Positions 27,046-37,800 of a DNA stretch of 50,188 nt are shown in pieces. Numbering within the stretch: the first letter of the stretch is position 1; each line of letters begins with the position of its first letter. Under the pieces are notes generated by a model. That model made no database searches, was not told the origin of the DNA, and saw only the letters and a program-made list of their open reading frames with translations. This DNA is from Verrucomicrobiales bacterium (lineage in GTDB: Bacteria; Verrucomicrobiota; Verrucomicrobiia; Verrucomicrobiales; DEV007): assembly GCA_017991025.1 (NCBI GenBank), contig JAGNMT010000001.1, positions 1-50,188 of the forward strand. Reading direction: 5' to 3'. A program made the position numbers and the translations under genes.

Positions 27046-27951
27046 ATGTTCGGATCACGAGCCAGCACAAAGCCGCGAAACGGGGAGGAGGAAAACCCTT
27101 TCCTACTTTCCTTTTCCGACCTCATGGCGAGTCTGCTCGCGATCTTCATTTTGGCTTTGATCGTGATGATGATTCAACTTCATCGCAAGCAGCAGGAGCT
27201 GGATCGGGAGACCAAACGGATCAAACTCACCCTGGTCGAACTCCTGGGCAGCCTGGAGGAGATCAAAGAGACCCAGGATGCGATCGACAGCGCTCTGAGC
27301 GGTGTCAGCCTTCGCGAACAGAGTCTCACCGCATTGTTGGAGGGCGTGCAGAAGGATCTGAAGGAAAAGGGAATCGAAGTCATCGTCGCCGAGAACGGAT
27401 CTGTTCTCCGAATTCCAGAACAGGCCCTTTCCTTCGGGCTTGGTAAGTTCGAGATTCAGGAGCAGTTTCATACTACGGCCGATGCGATTGGAACCGCCCT
27501 ATTGGCGGCTCTGCAACGCCCTGAAAATCTTGTCTTACTCGACACCGTCTTCATCGAGGGACACACGGACGCCGTCACGAACCGGCAAGAAATGGGCAAC
27601 TGGGGTCTGAGCGCCTATCGGGCGATTTCGCTTTGGAAATTCTGGACGGAGCTACCCGGCAACTGCGCGCCTTTGAAGGACCTGAAGACCGCCGACCCGA
27701 CCGGAATCGGTGGGGAGAAACCTCTTATCTCAGCGAGTGGCTACGCCGAGACTCGACCCACGGGAATCCCCTCGTCGGAGCCTCAGGTCGAAGGAAGGCC
27801 GAATGCTAATTCGGCAGATCGGCGAATCGACATCCGATTCACCTTGGCCTCTGCCGAAAAGAAAGACCTCGAAGGGCTGGGGGAAAAGGTCTCGGAGATG
27901 CGCGAAAAGACCCAGAAGCTGATTAATCGTCTCAAGGAAAATGAACCCTAG
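27046..27951 (+). CDS. zorB: Zorya ZorB (MotB/OmpA-like)
   Basis: TM helix with conserved Asp (SFSDLMASLL); peptidoglycan-binding motifs EGHTD, NWGLSAYRA, RRIDIRF. Confidence 0.92.
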   Translation: MFGSRASTKPRNGEEENPFLLSFSDLMASLLAIFILALIVMMIQLHRKQQELDRETKRIKLTLVELLGSLEEIKETQDAIDSALSGVSLREQSLTALLEGVQKDLKEKGIEVIVAENGSVLRIPEQALSFGLGKFEIQEQFHTTADAIGTALLAALQRPENLVLLDTVFIEGHTDAVTNRQEMGNWGLSAYRAISLWKFWTELPGNCAPLKDLKTADPTGIGGEKPLISASGYAETRPTGIPSSEPQVEGRPNANSADRRIDIRFTLASAEKKDLEGLGEKVSEMREKTQKLINRLKENEP

Positions 27952-29365
27952 GCTACCTGCCAACGAGATTTATGAGCTGAGGCCGCTACGGAACCCGCGG
28001 CTGTCGGGTAGTCATGCCCTGGCCTCGATCCTGAAGCTACAGGAGATCACTCCTGACTGCGACGGAGCCGGCGCTGAGAATATGAAGAACCGCGTCGAAG
28101 AGTTGAGACATCGTCTGCAGACATCCAGACAGAACGGGTGGAGCTGGTGGGACGCAACGAATGTCCCACGACGCGAGTGGACCCTGCTGCGACTCTACTC
28201 TCTACACTTGGGAACCACAGGATCAGACGAGTGGCTTTGTGAGCTTGACGATACGGTTGCGGAATCAGTGCTGGGAACAGACGGTCGAAGGTGGCACCCA
28301 TCCCGCCGCCGTGATGTGACGAACCTTTTTTTTGTTCAGTTCGACCGAATCGCCGCCCTTCGCTACGTCGCCCACCTGTTGGTTAAGGCGTGGCAAGCTG
28401 AAGAGAAAGTTTCGCGTGACGAGTCATCCCGGATCTGGAAAGAAAAAGCGGGAATACTTTTCGATTTGGATGGACCGAATCGTGTCGCGGGTTTTTGGCA
28501 GGAGGGAGAAAATGTCGACAATTTAGCTGATCGTTTTGCCATTCCGAAAACTTCACTATTTCGTGAGATGCTCTTCCAATCTGTCCTGCTCCGACGATTG
28601 CGTGCGATCCGTCTCTTCGAGGTCAATCGAGAGCTTTTTCGGGAGATTGAGAATTCCAAGGAGACCAGATTCCGACACGGTCGCACGCTCGGAAGTTGTG
28701 CAGTCGAGATTCTTGTGGAGCGAGTTATGAAGGAAGCAAAGGAACTCTGGGAGCCCGCCTGGAGCAGACAACTCGTTCCCTTCGCTTGTGATCCGAGAAC
28801 TTTGAATTTGGCTGAACGCGAACGTTGGTGGGGCTGGGCTAATCAGGATCAACGCAAAGCAGCGGTGAAAGCGCTGACTGGACTGAATATCAAAGAGTTC
28901 ATCCGCCTGCTCAAGGATAGCCTCAGTGAGACAGGGAACGAGCATCAGTTTAAGCGCCGAAGCGATTTCTTACTTTGGATGTTCGCGAGTGGCCTGATTG
29001 AGGACGCCAAACTCGTCGTCCATGCTGATTTGTACGGAAACATCGACACGGCGACAAAGCAGAGTCTCCAACCCTCACGCAGTCAAGGCGGCGGGCAGCG
29101 GACGAGTTTCGTATGCCTGAAATGTGCCGGAGGGGTCAGTTTGATCGAAGGCACTCACAACTTTGGTCTTCGTGGATTTCGGGAAGGGCGATTCCCGATC
29201 AACAATTTCTGGGAGTTGGCTCCTCGGGCATTCGAGGATGGGTCTCTTCGGGTGAGTGAAAATCGATGCGACATCTATCAGCGGCATTCAGGTGAGTGGG
29301 AGAGCTCGTTTCTTGATAAACTCCGAAGAATACTGCGTATCGAATGGCCACGCTTTAGGAGATAA
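27941..29365 (+). CDS. zorC: Zorya ZorC (EH-signature protein)
   Basis: Position between zorB and a SNF2 helicase; DPR, RRSDFL, IEGTHN and terminal H.G.WE motifs. Confidence 0.8.
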   Translation: MNPRLPANEIYELRPLRNPRLSGSHALASILKLQEITPDCDGAGAENMKNRVEELRHRLQTSRQNGWSWWDATNVPRREWTLLRLYSLHLGTTGSDEWLCELDDTVAESVLGTDGRRWHPSRRRDVTNLFFVQFDRIAALRYVAHLLVKAWQAEEKVSRDESSRIWKEKAGILFDLDGPNRVAGFWQEGENVDNLADRFAIPKTSLFREMLFQSVLLRRLRAIRLFEVNRELFREIENSKETRFRHGRTLGSCAVEILVERVMKEAKELWEPAWSRQLVPFACDPRTLNLAERERWWGWANQDQRKAAVKALTGLNIKEFIRLLKDSLSETGNEHQFKRRSDFLLWMFASGLIEDAKLVVHADLYGNIDTATKQSLQPSRSQGGGQRTSFVCLKCAGGVSLIEGTHNFGLRGFREGRFPINNFWELAPRAFEDGSLRVSENRCDIYQRHSGEWESSFLDKLRRILRIEWPRFRR

Positions 29366-29372
29366 GTTCTCG

Positions 29373-32300
29373 ATGAAATTCTTTGCTAAAGAGGACCGGT
29401 TTGGGTGGGCTCGCAGTGAGCGCGGACTTTCCATTTTTTTCACCAAACAGGGGATTTACGAAAAGGCCTTGGCTGGGCGGGGACCGGATTGGGCAGACGA
29501 GGCGGCCCTCTGGATGCAGCGACTCCTGGAGTGCGGTGATGCGGATTCATCCTCTTCCCACGAGGGAATCTGGATTGCCTCGGATGACGCAGTTCGCCTC
29601 GATGAGGTGACACGAGATCGCTTCGAACTACCGCCGATCTGGCCAGGCAGCTTGCGTCTCGATTCCCGAAGCGTGCCGAACCTCCGTGATTTTGACGCGG
29701 CGCTCTTTGTGATCGATGAGAGGGACAGGAGCGTCCCACGTTGGCGGCTCGAGGGCCCCATCCTCGTCGTGGGAGAAGACGAGTTCTACCTGCCAAGCCC
29801 CGAGCACTATGCGTGCCTGAGAGCCTTTCAACAATGGCGGGCTCAGGAGAGCCGAACTGAAAGCGATCACTTACGGCTGCTCCTCTCTCTCGGTGAGGCG
29901 GCCAAATCCGGGACGAGGATCGACCTTAGCCGCGCTCCCGATGTTGATGTCGTGGATGGAGGCGAAATCATCATCTCGATGACTGAACACAGCGACGGTT
30001 CGGTCGAACTCACCCCGATGTTCGCGAATCTCCTGAGGGGCGCGAGCCCGGAGTCGTGGGAAAGTCTCCGGCGAAAAGTGACAGAACGCCTGCACCATCT
30101 CGAGGGTGATGAAGTCGAGGGGATCGTCAGGGTCGGCAATAAGATCGTTCTGCTCGATCCAGAACAAACGACCACGGCTCGCGCGGTTGCCCGCAGACAA
30201 AGAGTCCCCGCCTCCGAAAAGAGCCAGTTTCTTCGCGAGCCTGAAGCATGGATGGCTGACCATGTTTTCATCCACGGAGAGGTGGAGTTTCTTCCCCGGG
30301 TCGTAGGAATCGGAGAATGGAAAGGGGGGTATCTCGGAGGAGGTGGCGAATTGGGGGAGGCTGTCGATTGGTTCGACAAGAAACCAGACGCTCTTGGGTC
30401 GGATGAAGATGAAGGCGAAACCTGCGAGGACGAAGAGGCAGTTGGAGGTGAATCCGGGAGCGCTTCGACGGAAGGGCTCGACGGGCTCGACGAAGACGGA
30501 AACATACCAGAGGACGAGGAAGATCACGACACCAGTGGGGTAAGGGACGACGCCGAATCGACTGGAGCTGATGCACCGGATTCGCCCATAGGCCCCCTCG
30601 TTCCCATGATCGAGACGAATGACGAGGAGCTGCGATGGGGTGTTCCGTATGGCGAATTCAATCCGAGTGAAGACTGTGGTCTGGAACTAGATTTCGACGG
30701 ATTCCCGAGGAAGCCGTATCCCCATCAGATCGGTGCGATTCGTTGGTTGGCAAATCACACGGTGAGAGCAGGCGAGCCCCGGCGTTGGAATACAGGAGAC
30801 ACGGCGTGGGGTGCCGGTGCATTGCTCGCTGACGACATGGGTCTGGGAAAGACCCTGAGCACACTCCTTTTCATTGGTCTCTGGTATGAGCGATGGAGAC
30901 TGGCATCCGGAAAGGAACCTTCCGCCTGCCTCGTGGTGGCACCTCTTTCTCTGGTCGAAAACTGGAAGGAAGAAACCCTCAAGTCATTCCCCGAAGATCG
31001 GCTCCCTTTCTCAAGAATGATCTGCGCCATTCCGGCCGCGGACCTGGGTCGCTACTACGCCACTCAAAACGGCCGTGACCGCGTTGCGGCAGACGGGAGT
31101 CGGGTCGAGGAGTACGGGCTCAAATTCGGTGACGGCACCGAGGCGAGTCTCGATTGTCCAGGATCCCTTGTCATCACGACCTACCAGACCTTACGCGAGT
31201 TCCGCTTCTCCTTTGCCGGTTGTGACTGGGGCGCGACCATTTTCGACGAGGCCCACAACATCAAGAATCCGAATGCCCTGCAGACAATCGCGGCGAAATC
31301 GTTGAAAGCCTTCTTCCGAGTCGCTCTCACCGGAACTCCGGTGGAGAACCACCTCGGGGATCTCTGGAGTCTCATGGATGCGGTCGAGCCCGGTGCCCTG
31401 GGGTCCTTCGCCGAGTTTCGTGAAAAGTGGATCCGGCGCCTCAGGATTGATCCCACCCAGATGAACGAAGTGGGACAGCAACTTCGAGACTACCTGAGCA
31501 ACCTGATTCTGAGAAGGACAAAGGAAGAAGAGCTGAAGGGGCTCCCGCGGAAAACTCTCCGTCCGGTCAAGATTCCCATGACGCCATCCCAGCTCGAACG
31601 CTATGACGAAATCTTACGTCTCGCCAAGAGCACTTCACCCGATGACGCGGAGAAGAAGCGCACCAACCACCACCTCGCCTGCATGTGGGAGCTGCGGCGC
31701 ATCACGCTCCATCCGGACCTCGTCGGCGGCGGATTGGCGTGCGCTCCGTCGAGTGAACGGGCATCACGGACATATCTCGCAGAGTCCGGAAAACTTCGGT
31801 GGTTGCTGGAGAAGCTCGATGAGATCCAGAGCCGTGGGGAGAAGGCGTTGATTTTCTCCATCCAGAAGTCCCTGCAGGACATGCTCGTGACCCATTTGAG
31901 GCAAATCTACAAGATTCCTGTTCCCCTCATCAATGGAGACACGAAAGCGACCTCTCAAACTCGCCCGAACGACACTCGCCTGGGCTTGATCCGTCAGTTT
32001 TGCGATCGCCCCGGATTTGGCATCTGCGTCCTCTCTCCGATCGCGGCGGGCGCCGGTCTCAACATCGTGGCGGCCAACCATGTCATTCACCTCGAACGGC
32101 ACTGGAATCCGGCGAAAGAGGACCAAGCCACGGACCGGGCGTATCGGATCGGACAAGAAAAGGAGGTGGAGGTCCACATCCCGCTCCTGGTCCATCCGAA
32201 CCGTCCCCAACTCACGACCTTCGACCTTGGACTCGACAAATTGATCGGTAATAAGCGCTCTCTGGCCGGTTCGCTTGGCCTGATCCCGGTCGCACCGGTT

Positions 32301-32819
32301 TCTGCCGATGAGCTCTTTTCGGAAGTTTTTGGCGATGGAGCTCCAGAGGGAGCTCCGACCAAGGCGACTCGTATCAGTATTGACGAAGCCCTCAAACTGT
32401 CCTGGGAGTTGTTCGAAGCACTGATTGCCGAAATCTATGGGCGGGAGGCCAACTCTGTGATCCTGACTCCGAAGGGGCGCGACGGTGGTGCCGATGTCAT
32501 CGTTCGGGAATTCGGCCCTGAATCCAAGAACATTCTGGTTCAGTGCAAAATGACGGGACGGTCAATCCTCGACAGTGACCACGCCGTGCGTGAAGTAATC
32601 GGAGCAAAACCCGGCCATGCCCGGAGCCTGAATCTGCCCTATCTAGACGGAGCGGTCCATACGACCGCGAAGACCTTTTCGAAGAGAACAAAACGAGCTG
32701 CCAACCCCGAAGGGATCGAACTTCACGGTTCACGCTGGCTTAAAGATGCTCTCGCCAGACACGAGGTGACACTGACTCAAATCTTGCGACGGAATCGGAC
32801 CAGGAAGCGCGTGGTTTGA
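29373..32819 (+). CDS. zorD: Zorya ZorD (SNF2 helicase with C-terminal Mrr-like nuclease)
   Basis: LADDMGLGKT, FDEAH, LTGTPVEN, WNPAKEDQATDRAYRIGQ; C-terminal FEALIA...DGGADV...VQCK. Confidence 0.9.
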   Translation: MKFFAKEDRFGWARSERGLSIFFTKQGIYEKALAGRGPDWADEAALWMQRLLECGDADSSSSHEGIWIASDDAVRLDEVTRDRFELPPIWPGSLRLDSRSVPNLRDFDAALFVIDERDRSVPRWRLEGPILVVGEDEFYLPSPEHYACLRAFQQWRAQESRTESDHLRLLLSLGEAAKSGTRIDLSRAPDVDVVDGGEIIISMTEHSDGSVELTPMFANLLRGASPESWESLRRKVTERLHHLEGDEVEGIVRVGNKIVLLDPEQTTTARAVARRQRVPASEKSQFLREPEAWMADHVFIHGEVEFLPRVVGIGEWKGGYLGGGGELGEAVDWFDKKPDALGSDEDEGETCEDEEAVGGESGSASTEGLDGLDEDGNIPEDEEDHDTSGVRDDAESTGADAPDSPIGPLVPMIETNDEELRWGVPYGEFNPSEDCGLELDFDGFPRKPYPHQIGAIRWLANHTVRAGEPRRWNTGDTAWGAGALLADDMGLGKTLSTLLFIGLWYERWRLASGKEPSACLVVAPLSLVENWKEETLKSFPEDRLPFSRMICAIPAADLGRYYATQNGRDRVAADGSRVEEYGLKFGDGTEASLDCPGSLVITTYQTLREFRFSFAGCDWGATIFDEAHNIKNPNALQTIAAKSLKAFFRVALTGTPVENHLGDLWSLMDAVEPGALGSFAEFREKWIRRLRIDPTQMNEVGQQLRDYLSNLILRRTKEEELKGLPRKTLRPVKIPMTPSQLERYDEILRLAKSTSPDDAEKKRTNHHLACMWELRRITLHPDLVGGGLACAPSSERASRTYLAESGKLRWLLEKLDEIQSRGEKALIFSIQKSLQDMLVTHLRQIYKIPVPLINGDTKATSQTRPNDTRLGLIRQFCDRPGFGICVLSPIAAGAGLNIVAANHVIHLERHWNPAKEDQATDRAYRIGQEKEVEVHIPLLVHPNRPQLTTFDLGLDKLIGNKRSLAGSLGLIPVAPVSADELFSEVFGDGAPEGAPTKATRISIDEALKLSWELFEALIAEIYGREANSVILTPKGRDGGADVIVREFGPESKNILVQCKMTGRSILDSDHAVREVIGAKPGHARSLNLPYLDGAVHTTAKTFSKRTKRAANPEGIELHGSRWLKDALARHEVTLTQILRRNRTRKRVV

Positions 32820-32853
32820 TTCAAGTGAACTTTCCGCTTCCTTTCTCCAATCG

Positions 32854-34338
32854 ATGCGCAGCCTCTCCAAATCCAAGTTGATCGCCTTCCGCCAATGTCA
32901 AAAGAGACTTTGGCTGGAGATCCATCGACCGGAGCTCCGCGACGACTCTGGGTCCGAGGTGGTCTTCCGGATCGGAAACGAGGTCGGCGAGGTCGCCCGG
33001 AAGGTCTACGACCCGGATGGCACCGGCACGGTCATCGACATCGGCGATCTGGGCTACGCCGAGGCCTTCCGACGCAGCGCCCAGGTCCTGAAGACCGGAG
33101 AAGGTCCAATCTTCGAGGCTGGGTTCCAGATCGACGGAGCGCTGGCCTTCGCAGATGTGATGGTGCCAGTGGTGTCCTGCGGGGACCTGAGTTGGCGAAT
33201 GCTCGAGGTGAAGTCCACCACCGGAGTGAAGGACTACCACCGCGACGACCTCGCCATCCAGAACCATCTCGCAAGGAAGATGGGGGTGGCCATCGACTCC
33301 GTCGGGATCGCCCACATCGACAACAGATTCGTGTATCCCGGGGAAGGGGATTATCGGGGGCTTTTTCACGAGGTCGATCTCACCGAAGAGACGAGGTTCC
33401 GTGGAATCGAGGTGGACGAGTGGATCGAGGACGCTCAGGCGACCGCGGCCCTGCCGTCGGAGCCGGAGTTCGCGATGGGACCCCAGTGTTCCGATCCTTT
33501 CGACTGTCCGTTCGCCGCCTATTGTTCCCGCGACCAGCCGGTCGTGGAGTATCCGCTTTCGTCGCTCCCGAACTTCAGCGGCCGGAGACGAGAAGCGGTC
33601 GAAGCACTCGGGATCACCGACCTGCGCGAGGTGCCGGACGAGCACCTCACCGCCGCCCAACAGTGGGTCAAAGAGGTGACCATTTCCGGGGAGACTTGGT
33701 TCGATGCGAATGGTGCCGCTGCCTCACTTGCTCCCCATGGCTTTCCGGCCTGGTTCCTCGACTTCGAGACCGTCTCCCTGCCAGTGCCCATCTGGAAGGG
33801 GACTCGGCCCTACCAGCAGATCCCGTTTCAGTTCAGCCTGCACCGGGTCGGAGAAGACGGAACGCTGACCCACGAGGCCTTCCTCGATCTCGGGGGTGAC
33901 GATCCGTCAAGAGCCTTGGCCGAAGCGCTGATCGACAAGGCGGGAGGGACCGGCCCTGTATTTGCCTACAATGCGACGTTCGAGCGTATGGTCATCCATC
34001 AACTCGCCGCAAGATTCCCCGATCTCGCCGAGCTGCTCGTCTCCCTCGCGGCCCGGATCGTCGATCTCCTCCCCATCGCCAAGGCGCACTTCTATGCCCC
34101 GAGCCAACACGGCAAATGGGGTCTGAAATCGGTCCTGCCGGCCGCTTGTCCGGATCTTTCCTACGACACCCTCGACGGCGTCGCTGATGGCAATATGGCC
34201 GTGGAGGCCTACCGCGAGGCCATCGCCGCTGAGACGACGCTAGAGCGCCGAGCCGAGATTGAAAGGCAACTGCTCGCCTACTGCCACCTCGACACGCTGG
34301 CGATGGTGCGCTTGTGGGAATTGTTCCGGGGTGGGTGA
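32854..34338 (+). CDS. DUF2779-like protein (Cas4/RecB-like nuclease plus RNase H-fold exonuclease)
   Basis: LSKSK...QC.KRLWL, ADV...EVKS, C...DCPF..YC, LDFET, PYQQIPFQFS, YNATFE, YC.LD. Confidence 0.82.
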   Translation: MRSLSKSKLIAFRQCQKRLWLEIHRPELRDDSGSEVVFRIGNEVGEVARKVYDPDGTGTVIDIGDLGYAEAFRRSAQVLKTGEGPIFEAGFQIDGALAFADVMVPVVSCGDLSWRMLEVKSTTGVKDYHRDDLAIQNHLARKMGVAIDSVGIAHIDNRFVYPGEGDYRGLFHEVDLTEETRFRGIEVDEWIEDAQATAALPSEPEFAMGPQCSDPFDCPFAAYCSRDQPVVEYPLSSLPNFSGRRREAVEALGITDLREVPDEHLTAAQQWVKEVTISGETWFDANGAAASLAPHGFPAWFLDFETVSLPVPIWKGTRPYQQIPFQFSLHRVGEDGTLTHEAFLDLGGDDPSRALAEALIDKAGGTGPVFAYNATFERMVIHQLAARFPDLAELLVSLAARIVDLLPIAKAHFYAPSQHGKWGLKSVLPAACPDLSYDTLDGVADGNMAVEAYREAIAAETTLERRAEIERQLLAYCHLDTLAMVRLWELFRGG

Positions 34339-34450
34339 CGGTCCCTATCCCAGCGCCCAGGCAGCAGTTCGACACCCCGCAATAAGCGCGATCGTGAAAC
34401 CCGGTCTTGAGAGGGTGACAAGACGACGGCACTCTGTCTCCCCGATCTGA

Positions 34451-34786
34451 ATGCCTTCTACCTCCGACTCCTCTACCCCTCCTGACCTGCGCCTCCGCTA
34501 TCTGGTCCAGGTGTGTTTCCCCGAGCCGCGGGAGGAAGAGGAGTGGGAGACTATCAACTCCTTCGCCACTCCCCTGGAAGCCCTCCGGGGATGCTCTCAA
34601 AGCTACGACATCGTACGTGACCTGCTCGACCTCCCGTTCTGCCAGGATATGGAGCCTGGCTTCGTGAAAATCCGCATTCTCGATGCCGAGGAACAGCGGG
34701 TGATTCTCTGGGAGAACGAAACCGGAGGTCTCGTGGAGAAGGCGGAGGCATTTCGACCCGATGACGGATCGACGGGTCATGATTGA
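34451..34786 (+). CDS. Small acidic hypothetical protein
   Basis: 111-aa ATG ORF filling the gap between convergent genes; plausible composition. Confidence 0.5.
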   Translation: MPSTSDSSTPPDLRLRYLVQVCFPEPREEEEWETINSFATPLEALRGCSQSYDIVRDLLDLPFCQDMEPGFVKIRILDAEEQRVILWENETGGLVEKAEAFRPDDGSTGHD

Positions 34787-34857
34787 CCGGATTCCTCTCT
34801 TACGGAATGGTCCCGACATTTCCTGATGCAACCGAATCGTTCAGTCCGGTCCATGGT

Positions 34858-37800
34858 TCAGTCCATGGATGCCACCCATTCGCCGACCACCACCAATTCC
34901 GGACCTTCGTGTGCGGCGACGGGGATGGGATCGTAGTCCGGGTTCAGGGGGAGGAGTTCGATGCGGTCGTGCTGCCAGGCGTCTTCGGAGACGGTTTTGG
35001 CGGAGTGGTATTTTTTTAGGGTGAAGCGGCCGCCGTTTTCCGGGTCGCCCATGGAGTTGAACTGGACGAGGACGATGCGGCCCTCGCGGGAGCCCGCCGG
35101 GCAGGGGCGGAAGAGGTTCCAGGAGCCGTCCTTGATCTTGGGCTCCATCGAGTGGCCGCGGACGCGGGCGATGAACATGCCGGGTTTGATCGCGGTTCCG
35201 CCGACCTCGGCCCAGCCGATTTCCTCGGGGGTGCTTTCCGGTCCCCACAGGCCGGCGGCGGCTTCGAGGCTGTAGACTGGGACGAGGCGGGTGAACTTGT
35301 CCCCGCCGGTGGGGGATTCGACGAAGCCGGGGAGGCTGCGGTTTTCGCGATGCTCGATTTCCCCGGTTTCGGGGCTGGCTTCCACGACCCGCAAGGGGGT
35401 GGCGACGGCGACCGGTTCGACGGTCCAGCCGGTTTCGGACTTGGTGAAGGCGACCTGATAGTTGGTGCCGGGAGCCCCGGCGTTCTCGCCGAACCAGCCA
35501 CGGAGGAGCGGGAGGATCTGGTTTTCCTCGCTGCCGAGCGGTGAGGCGACGTTGCAGGCAATCTTGACGAACTTGAACACCCACTGGCTGCCATCGGGAA
35601 GGGTGGCGGTCGTCGGGCCGATGGGTCGGCCGGGCAATTCCTCGACGGTGGGAAGCCGTAGGATGGGTTTGCCGCCGGAATGGCTGACTTTGGCAACGAA
35701 GCGGCCTGCGGTGAGTTCGGCGGGTTTCTCGATGCGGGTCTTCGCATAGTGGGCGAGACGGTAGTCGACCAGCTCGGCGGTCATCGTTTCGAAGTCGGGC
35801 CGAAGGTTTTCCGGGCACGGGAAGGCGGCGAGGAAGCGGTCGCCCTCGCGCTTGAACCAACGGCGTCCGGCCTGCTCGTCCATCCAGCGGGACAGCGGCC
35901 ATTCGAGCCACCACTTGGCCCATGCTTGGATCGGTGCCTTGGCGGGATCAGGAAACTGTTGGGTGGGCGGCAAGTCGTGGCGGAGCGTCGGGTGGGAAAG
36001 GAGGAACTCGCGGCAGGCGACGGCGAGTTTTTCGATTTCCATGCCGTCCCACAATGCGTCACGGTCCAGCAGCACGCGCAGGACGACCATCTTGTAGGAC
36101 TTGTTGAGGTTGGTGCCCTCCAGCATGGTGAGCCAGGACTCGAAGGAGGCGAAGACCAGTCGCTCGTTCTCGGTGAGATCGTCCTGTTCGGAAATGAAAC
36201 CGAACCATGAGTTGAAGCGGGCGGCGAGGGTGCGGGGCAGGTAGCCGTGATGGAACAGCTCGCTCGGCGAAGGTCGGCGACCGAGTTCATCGCGCATGCT
36301 GCGGTAGGCTTCGACAACGGCCGAGCCGGTATTGGGCACGAGGCGCAGCATCAGCTCCTTGGCCTCGACTTCGAGATCGAGCAGGCAGCCCTCTGGCAGA
36401 TCCGGGGTACCGCCTTTGAGGAATTTCTTCAGGTCCGTCCAGGTCGCGGAGTGATTGCCGAGCGAAAGCAGGTGAGTGAGGCGGCTGGCGAAGACACGGT
36501 GATTGCCGACGAAGTCGATGACTTTCAGCCGCAGCTTGTTTTCCGCGGCGCGGAGGCCCCGGCCGAGTTGTTGGAGAAAGATGACCTTGGATTCGGTGGG
36601 GCGCAGCATGACCACGCGGTCCACATCCGGGACGTCGAGGCCTTCGTTGAAGAGATCGACCACGCAGAGGGCCTGGAGTGCGCCATCGATGAAATCGGAC
36701 AGGCTGTCGCTGCGCGGATCGCCGCCGGAGCCGGAGAACACGGCGGCGGCGCGGACCTGCCGGCGACGGAGCCAGTCGCGGGTGTAAAGCGCGTGGCGGC
36801 GGGAGCAGCAGAAGACGAGCGTGCGGGCATCGGGATCGGTCTGCCATGCGGTCCACAAGCGTTCCATTCGCTCGCTGTTTTCGAGTTTCTCCTCCAGCGC
36901 GGTAGGATCGAAGCGGCCGTTGCGCCACGGGATTTGCTCGAAGTCCACACCGTCCTTGAGACCGAGGTAGTGGAATGGAACCAGCGAGCCTTCCGCAATT
37001 CCGTCGCCGACAGTGGCCTGCCACGCCAGGACGTCATCGAAGAGAGAGGCGACATCCACGCCATCGGTGCGCTCCGGAGTGGCGGTGAGGCCGAGGATGA
37101 AGGTGGCATTCAGCCGGGTCATGACCCGCCGGTAGCTGGGTGCTTGGGCGTGGTGGACTTCGTCGATGACGGCGTAGTCGAAGCGCTGGCGATCCAGCTC
37201 GGCGAGGCCTTCGGGACGCGTGAGTTTTTGAACCGACGCGACGACGAGGTCGCCGCTCATGTCGCTGTTCGCACCGAGATACCAGGTGACGCGGGTTTCC
37301 TCCCACTCCGACTGCATGGCCGTGCGGATGGTGGCCTCGGCTTGGATCAGGATCTCGGCGCGGTGGGCGATGATCAGGACGCGGGGCGGGCGGTTGAGTG
37401 ATTTGCCGACAGCCAGAACATCGAAAGCGGCGAGCCAGGTTTTTCCGAGCCCGGTGGCGACAGCGACGAGGGCGCGGCGGTAGGCGTTGGAGCGGATCAG
37501 ATCGAGGGATTCCAAGGCGCTGCGTTGCCAGGGACGCGGCAGGTAGAGAATCGTGGGGAGGTCGACGGATTCCGGTGGGAGGAATTTCCGATGAGCCTCC
37601 TTGGCATGCTCGGCGTAGCGGGAAACGACCGATTCATCGAGCGGCGTGGCCTGGTGCCAGAGATCGGTAAAGGCGCGGGCGAGTTCACGGTCGATGGGCT
37701 CCGATCCCGTAGTCTGCCTGATCAGGTTCCATTCGACCCCGGTTTCGAGGGCGGCCTTGGAGAGATTACTGCTGCCAACGACGAGCAAGCCGCCGGAGGA

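Noticed and set aside
32854-34338. Cas4/CRISPR association
   Set aside because: No repeat-spacer array or other cas genes seen anywhere in the window
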